DNA of 64,000 nucleotides, taken from contig OZ024742.1 of assembly GCA_964016885.1 (NCBI GenBank), positions 324,570,001 through 324,634,000 on the forward strand, read 5' to 3'. Shown piece after piece: positions 21,701-33,700 of this stretch. How positions within the stretch are numbered: the stretch's first letter is position 1; the number at the start of each line of letters is the position of its first letter. The notes below the pieces were generated by a model. The model had not been told where the DNA came from. It did not search any database and saw only the letters and a program-made list of their open reading frames with translations. A program made the translations under genes and the position numbers. The stretch is from Eledone cirrhosa (taxonomy: Eukaryota).

Positions 21701-24700
21701 TGTGGAGGATGGTGGTTGTGGTGTAGGTGGTTGTGGTGTTGGTGGTTGTGGTTTTGGTGGTTGTGGTGTTGGTGTTTGTGGTGTTGGTGGTTGTGGTTTT
21801 GGTGGTTGTGGTGTTGGTGGTTGTGGTGTTGGTGGTTGTGGTGTTGGTGGTTGTGGTGTTGGTGATTGTGGTGTTGGTGGTTGTGGTGTAGGTGGTTGTG
21901 GTGATGGTGGTTGTGGTGTTGGTGGTTGTGGTGTTGGTGGTTGTGGTGTTGGTAGTTGTGGTGTTGGTCATTGTGGTGTTGGTGGTTGTGGTGTTGGTGG
22001 TTGTGGTGATGGTGGTTGTGTTGTTGATGGTTGTGGTGTTGGTGGTTGTGGTGATGGTGGTTGTGGTGTTGGTGGTTGTGGTGTTGGTGGTTGTCGTGAT
22101 GGTGGTTCTGGTGTTGGTGGTTGTGGTGTTGGTGGTTGTGGTGATGGTGGTTGAGGTGTTGGAGGTTGTGGTGTTGGTGGTTGTGGTGTTGGTGGTTGTC
22201 GTGTTGGTGGTTGTGGTGTTGGTGGTCGTGTTGTTGGTGGAAGTGGTGTTGGTGGTTGTGGTGTTGGTGGTTGTGGTGTTGGTGGTTGTGGTGTTGGTGG
22301 TTTTGGTGTTGGTGGTTGTGGTGTTTGTGGTTGTGGTGATGGTGGTTGTGGTGTTGGTGGTTGTGGTGTTGGTGGTTGTGGTGCTGGTGGTTGTGGTGTT
22401 GGTGGTTGTGGTGTTGGTGGTTGTGGTGTTGGTGGTTGTGGTGTTGGTGGGTGTGGTGTTGGTGGTTGTGGTGCTGGTGGTTGTGGTGCTGGTGGTTGTG
22501 GTGATGTTGTTTGTGGTGTTGGTGGTTGTGGTGATGGTGGTTGTGGTGTTGGTGGAAGTGGTGTTGGTGGTTGTGGAGGATGGTGGTTGTGGTGTAGGTG
22601 GTTGTGGTGTTGGTGGTTGTGGTTTTGGTGGTTGTGGTGTTGGTGTTTGTGGTGTTGGTGGTTGTGGTGTTGGTGGTTGTGGTGTTGGTGGTTGTGGTGA
22701 TGGTGGTTGTGGTGTTGGTGGTTGTGGTGTTGGTGGTTGTGGTGTTGGTGGAAGTGGTGTTGCAGGTTGTGGAGATGGTGGTAGTCGGGATGGTGGTTGT
22801 GGTGAGGGAGTTGGGGTTACGGTGGCAGTGGCGTTGGTGGAAGTGGTGTTGGTGTTTGTGGTGTTGGTGGTTGTGGTGTTGGTGGTTGTGGTGATGGTGT
22901 TTGTGGTGTTGGTGGTTGTGGTGATGGTGGTTGTGGTGTTGGTGGGGGTGGTGTTGATGGTTCTGGTGTTGGTGGTTGTGGTGTTGGTGGTTGTGGTGTT
23001 GGTGGTTGTGTTGTTGGTGGAAGTGGTGTTGGTGGTTGTGGTGTTGGTGGTTGTGGTGTTGGTGGTTGTGGTGTTGGTGGTTTTGGTGTTGGTGGTTGTG
23101 GTGTTTGTGGTTGTGGTGATGGTGGTTGTGGTGTTGGTGGTTGTGGTGTTGGTGGTTGTGGTGCTGGTGGTTGTGGTGTTGGTGGTTGTGGTGTTGGTGG
23201 TTGTGGTGTTGGTGGTTGTGGTGTTGGTGGGTGTGGTGTTGGTGGTTGTGGTGTTGGTGGTTGTCGTGATGGTGGTTCTGGTGTTGGTGGTTGTGGTGTT
23301 GGTGGTTGTGGTGATGGTGGTTGAGGTGTTGGAGGTTGTGGTGTTGGTGGTTGTGGTGTTGGTGGTTGTCGTGTTGGTGGTTGTGGTGTTGGTGGTCGTG
23401 TTGTTGGTGGAAGTGGTGTTGGTGGTTGTGGTGTTGGTGGTTGTGGTGTTGGTGGTTGTGGTGTTGGTGGTTTTGGTGTTGGTGGTTGTGGTGTTTGTGG
23501 TTGTGGTGATGGTGGTTGTGGTGTTGGTGGTTGTGGTGTTGGTGGTTGTGGTGCTGGTGGTTGTGGTGTTGGTGGTTGTGGTGTTGGTGGTTGTGGTGTT
23601 GGTGGTTGTGGTGTTGGTGGGTGTGGTGTTGGTGGTTGTGGTGCTGGTGGTTGTGGTGCTGGTGGTTGTGGTGATGTTGTTTGTGGTGTTGGTGGTTGTG
23701 GTGATGGTGGTTGTGGTGTTGGTGGAAGTGGTGTTGGTGGTTGTGGAGGATGGTGGTTGTGGTGTAGGTGGTTGTGGTGTTGGTGGTTGTGGTTTTGGTG
23801 GTTGTGGTGTTGGTGTTTGTGGTGTTGGTGGTTGTGGTGTTGGTGGTTGTGGTGTTGGTGGTTGTGGTGATGGTGGTTGTGGTGTTGGTGGTTGTGGTGT
23901 TGGTGGTTGTGGTGTTGGTGGAAGTGGTGTTGCAGGTTGTGGAGATGGTGGTAGTCGGGATGGTGGTTGTGGTGAGGGAGTTGGGGTTACGGTGGCAGTG
24001 GCGTTGGTGGAAGTGGTGTTGGTGGTTGTGATGTTGGTGGTTGTGATGTTGGTGGTTGTGGTGTTGGTGGTTGTGGTGATGGTGGTTGTGGTGTTGATGG
24101 TTGTGGTGATGGTGGTTGTGGTGTTGGTGGTTGTGGTGTTGGTGGTTGTGGTGTTGGTGGTTGTGGTGTTGGTGGTTGTGGTTATGGTGGTTGTGGTGTT
24201 GGTGGTTGTGGTGTAGGTGGTTGTGGTGATGGTGGTTGTGGTGTTGGTGGTTGTGGTGTTGGTGGTTGTGGTGTTGGTGGTTGTGGTGTTGGTAGTTGTG
24301 GTGTTGGTGGTTGTGGTGATGGTGGTTGTGGTGTTGTTGGAAGTGTCGTTGTTGGTTGTGGTGTTGGTGTTTGTGGTGTTGGTGGTTGTGGTGATGGTGG
24401 TTGTGGTGTTGGTGGTTGTGGTGTTGGTGGTTGTGGTGTTGGTGGTTGTGGTGTTGGTGGAGCTGGTGTTGGTGGTTGTGGTGTTGGTGGTTGTGGTGTT
24501 GGTGGTTGTGGTGTTGGTGGTTGTGGTGTTGGTGGTTGTGGTGTTGGTTGTTGTGGTGTTGGTGGTTGTGGTGTTGGTGGTTGTGGTGATGGTGGTTGTG
24601 ATGTTGGTGGTTGTGGTGTTGGTAGTTGTGGTGTTGGTGGTTGTGGTGTTGGTGGTTGTGGTGTTGGTGGTTGTGGTGATGGTGGTTGTGATGTTGGTGG

Positions 24701-27700
24701 TTGTGGTGTTGGTAGTTGTGGTGTTGGTGGTTGTGGTGTTGGTGGTTGTGGTGTTAGTGGTTGTGGTGATGGTGGTTGTGATGTTGGTTGCTGTGGTGGT
24801 GGTGGGTGTGGTGTTGGTGGTTGTAGTGTTGGTGGTTGTGGTGTTGGTGGAAGTGGTGTTGGTGGGTGTGGTGTTGATGGGTGTGGTGTTGTGGTTGAGG
24901 TTGTGGTTGTTGTGGTTTCGGTGGAAGTGGTGTTGGTGGTTGTGGTGTTGGTGGTTGTGGTGTTGGTGGTTGTGGTGTTGGTGGTTGTGGTGTTGGTGGT
25001 TGTGGTGTTGGTGGTTGTGGTGTTGGTGGTTGTGGTGTTGGTGATTGTGGTGTTGGTGGTTGTGGTGTAGGTGGTTGTGGTGATGGTGGTTGTGGTGTTG
25101 GTGGTTGTGGTGTTGGTGGTTGTGGTGTTGGTAGTTGTGGTGTTGGTCATTGTGGTGTTGGTGGTTGTGGTGTTGGTGGTTGTGGTGATGGTGGTTGTGG
25201 TGTTGATGGTTGTGGTGTTGGTGGTTGTGGTGATGGTGGTTGTGGTGTTGGTGGTTGTGGTGTTGGTGGTTGTCGTGATGGTGGTTCTGGTGTTGGTGGT
25301 TGTGGTGTTGGTGGTTGTGGTGATGGTGGTTGAGGTGTTGGTGGTTATGGTGTTGGTGGTTGTGGTGTTGGTGGTTGTGGTGTTGGTGGTTGTGGTGTTG
25401 GTGGTTGTGGTGTTGGTGGTTGTGGTGTTGTTGGGTGTGGTGTTGGTGGTTGTGGTGTTGGTGGTTGTGGTGATGGTGTTTGTGGTGTTGGTGGTTGTGG
25501 TGATGGTGGTTGTGGTGTTGGTGGGGGTGGTGTTGATGGTTCTGGTGTTGGTGGTTGTGGTGTTGGTGGTTGTGGTGTTGGTGGTTGTGTTGTTGGTGGA
25601 AGTGGTGTTGGTGGTTGTGGTGTTGGTGGTTGTGGTGTTGGTGGTTGTGGTGTTGGTGGTTTTGGTGTTGGTGGTTGTGGTGTTTGTGGTTGTGGTGATG
25701 GTGGTTGTGGTGTTGGTGGTTGTGGTGTTGGTGGTTGTGGTGCTGGTGGTTGTGGTGTTGGTGGTTGTGGTGTTGGTGGTTGTGGTGTTGGTGGTTGTGG
25801 TGTTGGTGGGTGTGGTGTTGGTGGTTGTGGTGCTGGTAGTTGTGGTGCTGGTGGTTGTGGTGATGTTGTTTGTGGTGTTGGTGGTTGTGGTGATGGTGGT
25901 TGTGGTATTGGTGGTTGTGGTGTTGGTGGAAGTGGTGTTGGTGGTTGTGGAGGATGGTGGTTGTGGTGTAGGTGGTTGTGGTGTTGGTGGTTGTGGTTTT
26001 GGTGGTTGTGGTGATGGTGGTTGTGGTGATGGTGGTTGTGGTGTTGGTGGTTGTGGTGTTGGTGGTTGTGGTGTTGGTGGTTGTGGTGTTGGTGGTTGTG
26101 GTGTTGGTGGTTGTGGTGATGGTGGTTGTGATGTTGGTGGCTGTGGTGGTGGTGGGTGTGGTGTTGGTGGTTGTAGTGTTGGTGGTTGTTGTGTTGGTGG
26201 AAGTGGTGTTGGTGGGTGTGGTGTTGATGGGTGTGGTGTTGTGGTTGAGGTTGTGGTTGTTGTGGTTTCGGTGGAAGTGGTGTTGGTGGTTGTGGTGTTG
26301 GTGGTTGTGGTGTTGGTGGTTGTGGTGTTGGTGGTTGTGGTGTTGGTAGTTGTGGTGTTGGTGGTTGTGGTGTTGGTGGTTGTGGTGTTGGTGGAGGTGG
26401 TGTTGTTGGTTGTGGTGTTGGTGGTTGTGGTGTTGGTGGTTGTGGTGTTGGTGGTTGTGGTGTTGGTGGTTGTGGTGTTGGTGGTTGTGGTGTTGGTCGT
26501 TGTGGTGTTGGTGGTTGTGGTGTTGGTGGTTGTGGTGTTGGTGGTTGTGGTGATGGTGGTTGTGATGTTGGTGGTTGTGGTGTTGGTAGTTGTGGTGTTG
26601 GTGGTTGTGGTGTTGGTCGTTGTGGTGTTGGTGGTTGTGATGTTGGTGGTTGTGGTGTTGGTGGTTGTGGTGTTGTTGGTTGTGGTGATGGTGGTTGTGA
26701 TGTTGGTGGTTGAGGTGGTGGTGGTTGTGGTGTTGGTGGTTGTGGCGTTGGTGGTTGTGGTGTTGGTGGTTGTGGTGTTGGTGGTTGTGGTGTTGGTGGT
26801 TGTGGTGTTGGTGGTTGTCGTGTTGGTGGTTGTGGTGTTGGTGGTTGTGGTGATGGTGGTGTGGTGTTGGTGGTTGTGGTGTTGGTGGAAGTGTTGTTGT
26901 TGGTTGTGGTGTTGGTGGTTGTGGTGTTGGTTGTCGTGGCGTTGGTGGTTGTGGCGTTGGTGGTTGTGGTGTTGGTGGTTGTGGTGTTGGTGGTTGTGGT
27001 GTTGGTGGTTTTGGTGTTGGTGGTTGTGGTGTTGATGGTTCTGGTGTTGGTGGTTGTGGTGTTGGTGGTTGTGGTGTTGGTGGTTGTGTTGTTGGTGGAA
27101 GTGGTGTTGGTGGTTGTGGTGTTGGTGGTTGTGGTGTTGGTGGTTGTGGTGTTGGTGGTTTTGGTGTTGGTGGTTGTGGTGTTTGTGGTTGTGGTGATGG
27201 TGGTTGTGGTGTTGGTGGTTGTGGTGTTGGTGGTTGTGGTGCTGGTGGTTGTGGTGTTGGTGGTTGTGGTGTTGGTGGTTGTGGTGTTGGTGGTTGTGGT
27301 GTTGGGGGGTGTGGTGTTGGTGGTTGTGGTGCTGGTGGTTGTGGTGCTGGTGGTTGTGGTGATATTGTTTGTGGTGTTGGTGGTTGTGGTGATGGTGGTT
27401 GTGGTATTGGTGGTTGTGGTGTTGGTGGAAGTGGTGTTGGTGGTTGTGGAGGATGGTGGTTGTGGTGTAGGTGGTTGTGGTGTTGGTGGTTGTGGTTTTG
27501 GTGGTTGTGGTGTTGGTGTTTGTGGTGTTGGTGGTTGTGGTTTTGGTGGTTGTGCTGTTGGTGGTTGTGGTGTTGGTGGTTGTGGTGTTGGTGGTTGTGG
27601 TGTTGGTGATTGTGGTGTTGGTGGTTGTGGTGTAGGTGGTTGTGGTGATGGTGGTTGTGGTGTTGGTGGTTGTGGTGTTGGTGGTTGTGGTGTTGGTAGT

Positions 27701-30700
27701 TGTGGTGTTGGTCATTGTGGTGTTGGTGGTTGTGGTGTTGGTGGTTGTGGTGATGGTGGTTGTGGTGTTGATGGTTGTGGTGTTGGTGGTTGTGGTGATG
27801 GTGGTTGTGGTGTTGGTGGTTGTGGTGTTGGTGGTTGTCGTGATGGTGGTTCTGGTGTTGGTGGTTGTGGTGTTGGTGGTTGTGGTGATGGTGGTTGAGG
27901 TGTTGGAGGTTGTGGTGTTGGTGGTTGTGGTGTTGGTGGGTGTCGTGTTGGTGGTTGTGGTGATGGTGGTTGTGGTGTTGGTGGTTGTGGTGTTGGTGGT
28001 TGTGGTGTTGGTGGTTATGGTGTTGGTGGTTGTGGTGTTGGTGGTTGTGGTGTTGGTGGTTGTGGTGTTGGTGGTTGTGGTGTTGGTGGTTGTGGTGTTG
28101 TTGGGTGTGGTGTTGGTGGTTGTGGTGTTGGTGGTTGTGGTGATGGTGTTTGTGGTGTTGGTGGTTGTGGTGATGGTGGTTGTGGTGTTGGTGGGGGTGG
28201 TGTTGATGGCTCTGGTGTTGGTGGTTGTGGTGTTGGTGGTTGTGGTGTTGGTGGTTGTGTTGTTGGTGGAAGTGGTGTTGGTGGTTGTGGTGTTGGTGGT
28301 TGTGGTGTTGGTGGTTGTGGTGTTGGTGGTTTTGGTGTTGGTGGTTGTGGTGTTGGTGGTTGTGTTGTTGGTGGAAGTGGTGTTGGTGGTTGTGGTGTTG
28401 GTGGTTGTGGTGATGGTGGTTGTGGTGTTGTTGGAAGTGTCGTTGTTGGTTGTGGTGTTGGTGTTTGTGGTGTTGGTGGTTGTGGTGATGGTGGTTGTGG
28501 TGTTGGTGGTTGTGGTGTTGGTGGTTGTGGTGTTGGTGGTTGTGGTGTTGGTGGAGCTGGTGTTGGTGGTTGTGGTGTTGGTGGTTGTGGTGTTGGTGGT
28601 TGTGGTGTTGGTGGTTGTGGTGTTGGTGGTTGTGGTGTTGGTTGTTGTGGTGTTGGTGGTTGTGGTGTTGGTGGTTGTGGTGATGGTGGTTGTGATGTTG
28701 GTGGTTGTGGTGTTGGTAGTTGTGGTGTTGGTGGTTGTGGTGTTGGTGGTTGTGGTGTTGGTGGTTGTGGTGATGGTGGTTGTGATGTTGGTGGTTGTGG
28801 TGTTGGTAGTTGTGGTGTTGGTGGTTGTGGTGTTGGTGGTTGTGGTGTTAGTGGTTGTGGTGATGGTGGTTGTGATGTTGGTTGCTGTGGTGGTGGTGGG
28901 TGTGGTGTTGGTGGTTGTAGTGTTGGTGGTTGTGGTGTTGGTGGAAGTGGTGTTGGTGGGTGTGGTGTTGATGGGTGTGGTGTTGTGGTTGAGGTTGTGG
29001 TTGTTGTGGTTTCGGTGGAAGTGGTGTTGGTGGTTGTGGTGTTGGTGGTTGTGGTGTTGGTGGTTGTGGTGTTGGTGGTTGTGGTGTTGGTGGTTGTGGT
29101 GTTGGTGGTTGTGGTGTTGGTGGTTGTGGTGTTGGTGATTGTGGTGTTGGTGGTTGTGGTGTAGGTGGTTGTGGTGATGGTGGTTGTGGTGTTGGTGGTT
29201 GTGGTGTTGGTGGTTGTGGTGTTGGTAGTTGTGGTGTTGGTCATTGTGGTGTTGGTGGTTGTGGTGTTGGTGGTTGTGGTGATGGTGGTTGTGGTGTTGA
29301 TGGTTGTGGTGTTGGTGGTTGTGGTGATGGTGGTTGTGGTGTTGGTGGTTGTGGTGTTGGTGGTTGTCGTGATGGTGGTTCTGGTGTTGGTGGTTGTGGT
29401 GTTGGTGGTTGTGGTGATGGTGGTTGAGGTGTTGGTGGTTATGGTGTTGGTGGTTGTGGTGTTGGTGGTTGTGGTGTTGGTGGTTGTGGTGTTGGTGGTT
29501 GTGGTGTTGGTGGTTGTGGTGTTGTTGGGTGTGGTGTTGGTGGTTGTGGTGTTGGTGGTTGTGGTGATGGTGTTTGTGGTGTTGGTGGTTGTGGTGATGG
29601 TGGTTGTGGTGTTGGTGGGGGTGGTGTTGATGGTTCTGGTGTTGGTGGTTGTGGTGTTGGTGGTTGTGGTGTTGGTGGTTGTGTTGTTGGTGGAAGTGGT
29701 GTTGGTGGTTGTGGTGTTGGTGGTTGTGGTGTTGGTGGTTGTGGTGTTGGTGGTTTTGGTGTTGGTGGTTGTGGTGTTTGTGGTTGTGGTGATGGTGGTT
29801 GTGGTGTTGGTGGTTGTGGTGTTGGTGGTTGTGGTGCTGGTGGTTGTGGTGTTGGTGGTTGTGGTGTTGGTGGTTGTGGTGTTGGTGGTTGTGGTGTTGG
29901 TGGGTGTGGTGTTGGTGGTTGTGGTGCTGGTAGTTGTGGTGCTGGTGGTTGTGGTGATGTTGTTTGTGGTGTTGGTGGTTGTGGTGATGGTGGTTGTGGT
30001 ATTGGTGGTTGTGGTGTTGGTGGAAGTGGTGTTGGTGGTTGTGGAGGATGGTGGTTGTGGTGTAGGTGGTTGTGGTGTTGGTGGTTGTGGTTTTGGTGGT
30101 TGTGGTGATGGTGGTTGTGGTGATGGTGGTTGTGGTGTTGGTGGTTGTGGTGTTGGTGGTTGTGGTGTTGGTGGTTGTGGTGTTGGTGGTTGTGGTGTTG
30201 GTGGTTGTGGTGATGGTGGTTGTGATGTTGGTGGCTGTGGTGGTGGTGGGTGTGGTGTTGGTGGTTGTAGTGTTGGTGGTTGTTGTGTTGGTGGAAGTGG
30301 TGTTGGTGGGTGTGGTGTTGATGGGTGTGGTGTTGTGGTTGAGGTTGTGGTTGTTGTGGTTTCGGTGGAAGTGGTGTTGGTGGTTGTGGTGTTGGTGGTT
30401 GTGGTGTTGGTGGTTGTGGTGTTGGTGGTTGTGGTGTTGGTAGTTGTGGTGTTGGTGGTTGTGGTGTTGGTGGTTGTGGTGTTGGTGGAGGTGGTGTTGT
30501 TGGTTGTGGTGTTGGTGGTTGTGGTGTTGGTGGTTGTGGTGTTGGTGGTTGTGGTGTTGGTGGTTGTGGTGTTGGTGGTTGTGGTGTTGGTCGTTGTGGT
30601 GTTGGTGGTTGTGGTGTTGGTGGTTGTGGTGTTGGTGGTTGTGGTGATGGTGGTTGTGATGTTGGTGGTTGTGGTGTTGGTAGTTGTGGTGTTGGTGGTT

Positions 30701-33700
30701 GTGGTGTTGGTCGTTGTGGTGTTGGTGGTTGTGATGTTGGTGGTTGTGGTGTTGGTGGTTGTGGTGTTGTTGGTTGTGGTGATGGTGGTTGTGATGTTGG
30801 TGGTTGAGGTGGTGGTGGTTGTGGTGTTGGTGGTTGTGGCGTTGGTGGTTGTGGTGTTGGTGGTTGTGGTGTTGGTGGTTGTGGTGTTGGTGGTTGTGGT
30901 GTTGGTGGTTGTCGTGTTGGTGGTTGTGGTGTTGGTGGTTGTGGTGATGGTGGTGTGGTGTTGGTGGTTGTGGTGTTGGTGGAAGTGTTGTTGTTGGTTG
31001 TGGTGTTGGTGGTTGTGGTGTTGGTTGTCGTGGCGTTGGTGGTTGTGGCGTTGGTGGTTGTGGTGTTGGTGGTTGTGGTGTTGGTGGTTGTGGTGTTGGT
31101 GGTTTTGGTGTTGGTGGTTGTGGTGTTGATGGTTCTGGTGTTGGTGGTTGTGGTGTTGGTGGTTGTGGTGTTGGTGGTTGTGTTGTTGGTGGAAGTGGTG
31201 TTGGTGGTTGTGGTGTTGGTGGTTGTGGTGTTGGTGGTTGTGGTGTTGGTGGTTTTGGTGTTGGTGGTTGTGGTGTTTGTGGTTGTGGTGATGGTGGTTG
31301 TGGTGTTGGTGGTTGTGGTGTTGGTGGTTGTGGTGCTGGTGGTTGTGGTGTTGGTGGTTGTGGTGTTGGTGGTTGTGGTGTTGGTGGTTGTGGTGTTGGG
31401 GGGTGTGGTGTTGGTGGTTGTGGTGTTGGTGGTTGTGGTGCTGGTGGTTGTGGTGATATTGTTTGTGGTGTTGGTGGTTGTGGTGATGGTGGTTGTGGTA
31501 TTGGTGGTTGTGGTGTTGGTGGAAGTGGTGTTGGTGGTTGTGGAGGATGGTGGTTGTGGTGTAGGTGGTTGTGGTGTTGGTGGTTGTGGTTTTGGTGGTT
31601 GTGGTGTTGGTGTTTGTGGTGTTGGTGGTTGTGGTTTTGGTGGTTGTGCTGTTGGTGGTTGTGGTGTTGGTGGTTGTGGTGTTGGTGGTTGTGGTGTTGG
31701 TGATTGTGGTGTTGGTGGTTGTGGTGTAGGTGGTTGTGGTGATGGTGGTTGTGGTGTTGGTGGTTGTGGTGTTGGTGGTTGTGGTGTTGGTAGTTGTGGT
31801 GTTGGTCATTGTGGTGTTGGTGGTTGTGGTGTTGGTGGTTGTGGTGATGGTGGTTGTGGTGTTGATGGTTGTGGTGTTGGTGGTTGTGGTGATGGTGGTT
31901 GTGGTGTTGGTGGTTGTGGTGTTGGTGGTTGTCGTGATGGTGGTTCTGGTGTTGGTGGTTGTGGTGTTGGTGGTTGTGGTGATGGTGGTTGAGGTGTTGG
32001 AGGTTGTGGTGTTGGTGGTTGTGGTGTTGGTGGGTGTCGTGTTGGTGGTTGTGGTGATGGTGGTTGTGGTGTTGGTGGTTGTGGTGTTGGTGGTTGTGGT
32101 GTTGGTGGTTATGGTGTTGGTGGTTGTGGTGTTGGTGGTTGTGGTGTTGGTGGTTGTGGTGTTGGTGGTTGTGGTGTTGGTGGTTGTGGTGTTGTTGGGT
32201 GTGGTGTTGGTGGTTGTGGTGTTGGTGGTTGTGGTGATGGTGTTTGTGGTGTTGGTGGTTGTGGTGATGGTGGTTGTGGTGTTGGTGGGGGTGGTGTTGA
32301 TGGCTCTGGTGTTGGTGGTTGTGGTGTTGGTGGTTGTGGTGTTGGTGGTTGTGTTGTTGGTGGAAGTGGTGTTGGTGGTTGTGGTGTTGGTGGTTGTGGT
32401 GTTGGTGGTTGTGGTGTTGGTGGTTTTGGTGTTGGTGGTTGTGGTGTTTGTGGTTGTGGTGATGGTGGTTGTGGTGTTGGTGGTTGTGGTGTTGGTGGTT
32501 GTGGTGCTGGTGGTTGTGGTGTTGGTGGTTGTGGTGTTGGTGGTTGTGGTGTTGGTGGTTGTGGTGTTGGTGGGTGTGGTGTTGGTGGTTGTGGTGCTGG
32601 TGGTTGTGGTGCTGGTGGTTGTGGTGATGTTGTTTGTGGTGTTGGTGGTTGTGGTGATGGTGGTTGTGGTGATGGTGGTTGTGGTATTGGTGGTTGTGGT
32701 GTTGGTGGAAGTGGTGTTGGTGGTTGTGGAGGATGGTGGTTGTGGTGTAGGTGGTTGTGGTGTTGGTGGTTGTGGTTTTGGTGGTTGTGGTGATGGTGGT
32801 TGTGGTGATGGTGGTTGTGGTGTTGGTGGTTGTGGTGTTGGTGGTTATGGTGTTGGTGGTTATGGTGTTGGTGGTTGTGGTGTTGGTGGTTGTGGTGTTG
32901 GTGGTCGTGGTGTTGGTGGTTGTGGTGTTGGTGGTTGTGGTGTTGCTGGGTGTGGTGTTGGTGGTTGTGGTGTTGGTGGTTGTGGTGTTGGTGTTTGTGG
33001 TGTTGGTGGTTGTGGTGTTGGTCGGGGTGGTGTTGATGGTTCTGGTGTTGGTGGTTGTGGTGTTGGTGGTTGTGGTGTTGGTGGTTGTGTTGTTGGTGGA
33101 AGTGGTGTTGGTGGTTGTGGTGTTGGTGGTTGTGGTGTTGGTGGTTGTGGTGTTGGTGGTTTTGGTGTTGGTGGTTGTGGTGTTTGTGGTTGTGGTGATG
33201 GTGGTTGTGGTGTTGGTGGTTGTGGTGTTGGTGGTTGTGGTGCTGGTGGTTGTGGTGTTGGTGGTTGTGGTGTTGGTTGTTGTGGTGTTGGTGGTTGTGG
33301 TGTTGGTGGGTGTGGTGTTGGTGGTTTTGGTGCTGGTGGTTGTGGTGCTGGTGGTTGTGGTGATGTTGTTTGTGGTGTTGGTGGTTGTGGTGATGGTGGT
33401 TGTGGTATTGGTGGTTGTGGTGTTGGTGGAAGTGGTGTTGGTGGTTGTGGAGGATGGTGGTTGTGGTGTAGGTGGTTGTGGTGTTGGTGGTTGTGGTTTT
33501 GGTGGTTGTGGTGTTAGTGTTTGTGGTGTTGGTGGTTGTGGTGTTGGTGGTTGTGGTGTTGGTGGTTGTGGTGTTGGTGGAAGTGGTGTTGCAGGTTGTG
33601 GAGATGGTGGTAGTCGGGATGGTGGTTGTGGTGAGGGAGTTGGGGTTACGGTGGCAGTGGCGTTGGTGGAAGTGGTGTTGGTGGTTGTGATGTTGGTGGT

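Noticed and set aside
22382-22495. Chi-like GCTGGTGG octamers in the satellite
   Set aside because: They are a single T>C change from the consensus unit, and RecBCD Chi has no role in an animal genome.
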